From Strigamia acuminata (taxonomy: Eukaryota): 64,000 nt of DNA. Of this stretch, positions 62,718-64,000 are shown piece after piece. A program made the translations under genes and the position numbers. A model generated the notes under the pieces. It was not told the DNA's origin. It did no database searches and worked only from the letters and a program-made list of their open reading frames with translations. The DNA lies in assembly GCA_949358305.1 (NCBI GenBank), contig OX442314.1:13888001-13952000 (forward strand), in the 5' to 3' direction. Within the stretch, counting starts at the first letter, position 1. The number at the start of each line of letters is the position of its first letter.

Positions 62718-63539
62718 GACTCGTCTCGCGGCAGTTTGGTAGAGCAGGGTGACTCAGAGGGAAGTGTAGCTCCCCCTCACTTGTCTGCATCCAACTTGAG
62801 TCTCCGACTGCGGGAAGGCAGCAGCGGCGGTGGCGAGCAGCCCGGCATTCCCTCGGAACATGCCGATTCGGACTCGGATCCTCTTTACGCCGACGTGGAT
62901 TACGCGAAGAAGAAGGGTTCGGTCAAACGGACGGTGCCGCCCCGAGTGAAAATCGAACGGAAAAAGTACCAGGAGAAGCACGCGTCCACTTTAAGTTCTT
63001 CCACGCCGTCTTCCGAGGGAGATGGTGTGAGCAAGTCGCGTGACTCGCGAGTCGATTCGGGTTCGCTGGATTTGGAGACCCCCCGGTCTTTGACTCCAAA
63101 AAGCCCGCTTACACCGTTGACTTTGACCACTGGTCTTCCATCGTCGGTGCCTCCAATGACGTCGAACGCGCCGAGTGCTCGTCGGAGCAGCGACACGGCT
63201 GTCAATAACAATAATCGAATGTTGGACAACTCGAAAAAGAAACCCGTACCGCCCCCTCGCTCCAGAGTGCCAAAGAAAATGGAGGCGGGCAACCACGGTT
63301 CCACGGATGACAGCGGTACGGGCGATGTGAGTGGCGGAGGAGAGGAGGAAGTGGTGTCGAGTTGCAGTGGTCAACAACAGGCCGGGTTGGTGAACTTGAG
63401 GTTGGCACGAGCTGCTGAAGAGGACGAAATGCACGATTATGCAGAAATTTACACGCCCAGCAAGGAAAGGGAACCTCAGTGGAGCAGTCAGCACGAGATC
63501 AAGCCCCCCACACCGCCTTTGCATAGATTTCCATCATGG
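62718..63539 (+). CDS. PLEKHH: PLEKHH homologue large low-complexity exon ending in KPPTPPLHRFPSW
   Basis: Acceptor atttcAG|GAC, donor TGG|GTAAGC, 822 nt, inside ORF 62598..63593. GC-rich with coding-like composition. KPPTPPLHRFPSW is the conserved PLEKHH1/2 motif that precedes the PH domains. The PH, MyTH4 and FERM exons are expected beyond the window. Confidence 0.92.
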
Positions 63540-64000
63540 GTAAGCTCTTCTAAGTGCCCTTGGATGTTTTATTATGTGGTTTTAGAATATTAAAGTTTGA
63601 GAGAGAGACAGAGAGAGAGAGTGCATTTTTATAGTGCGAGTGAGTTCCGAGTTTTCTAATGATCGAGCGGTGTCTTGAAGTTCATTTAGGGAGATGGAAT
63701 TTAATCCATTTATCTTATTGCAATTCTCCATTGGATTTTCTGCCTTCCTTTTATTATTGAACAAGAGTGCAATCGAGATTGCTCCCCCGATGGTCATTTG
63801 CCTCTGTAAAATGAAGGTGGTAGCCATTTGTGTCTCGGCCAGTCATTTAGACCTCGAGATAAATGAAGTTTGCTCATTGCGACTGCGTTCGTCGTCCACG
63901 CTAAATTCGGCGAGTCCGAATTGAAAATTTCGCGTAATTAATGTTCGTGTCAAGTGGGTGTTTACCCTTCGGAAAAAAAGGTGACACGTAGTAATTAAGT

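Overview
AT-rich eukaryotic genomic DNA, probably from an invertebrate and possibly an arthropod (inferred from TTAGG-type repeats and the style of the repeats). The window is mostly intron of one large + strand gene, a PLEKHH1/PLEKHH2 (MAX-1-like) homologue. Five coding exons are identifiable: 23559-23621, 52061-52198, 58677-58760, 58829-58960 and 62718-63539. All are bounded by GT-AG introns and all are phase 0. The gene continues past the right edge, and I could not find its canonical first coding exon in the window. Two in-frame candidate alternative first exons lie at 22823-22897 and 30498-30533. The 28.4-kb intron (23622-52060) holds a complete and apparently very young BEL/Pao LTR retrotransposon (42346-48470). 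It has two 400-bp LTRs that look identical by eye, a CCTTA target-site duplication, a tRNA-Phe primer-binding site and a single 1737-aa gag-pol ORF. It is atypical in having TG...AA termini, no polypurine tract and a DPG protease motif. The remainder carries many small non-autonomous DNA transposons (hAT-like, Tc1/pogo-like, foldback), one of which has grown a 31-bp minisatellite, and a cluster of CTCF-like motifs at 15-21 kb. I found no convincing new multi-gene system. Most short ORFs in the supplied track look like chance ORFs.
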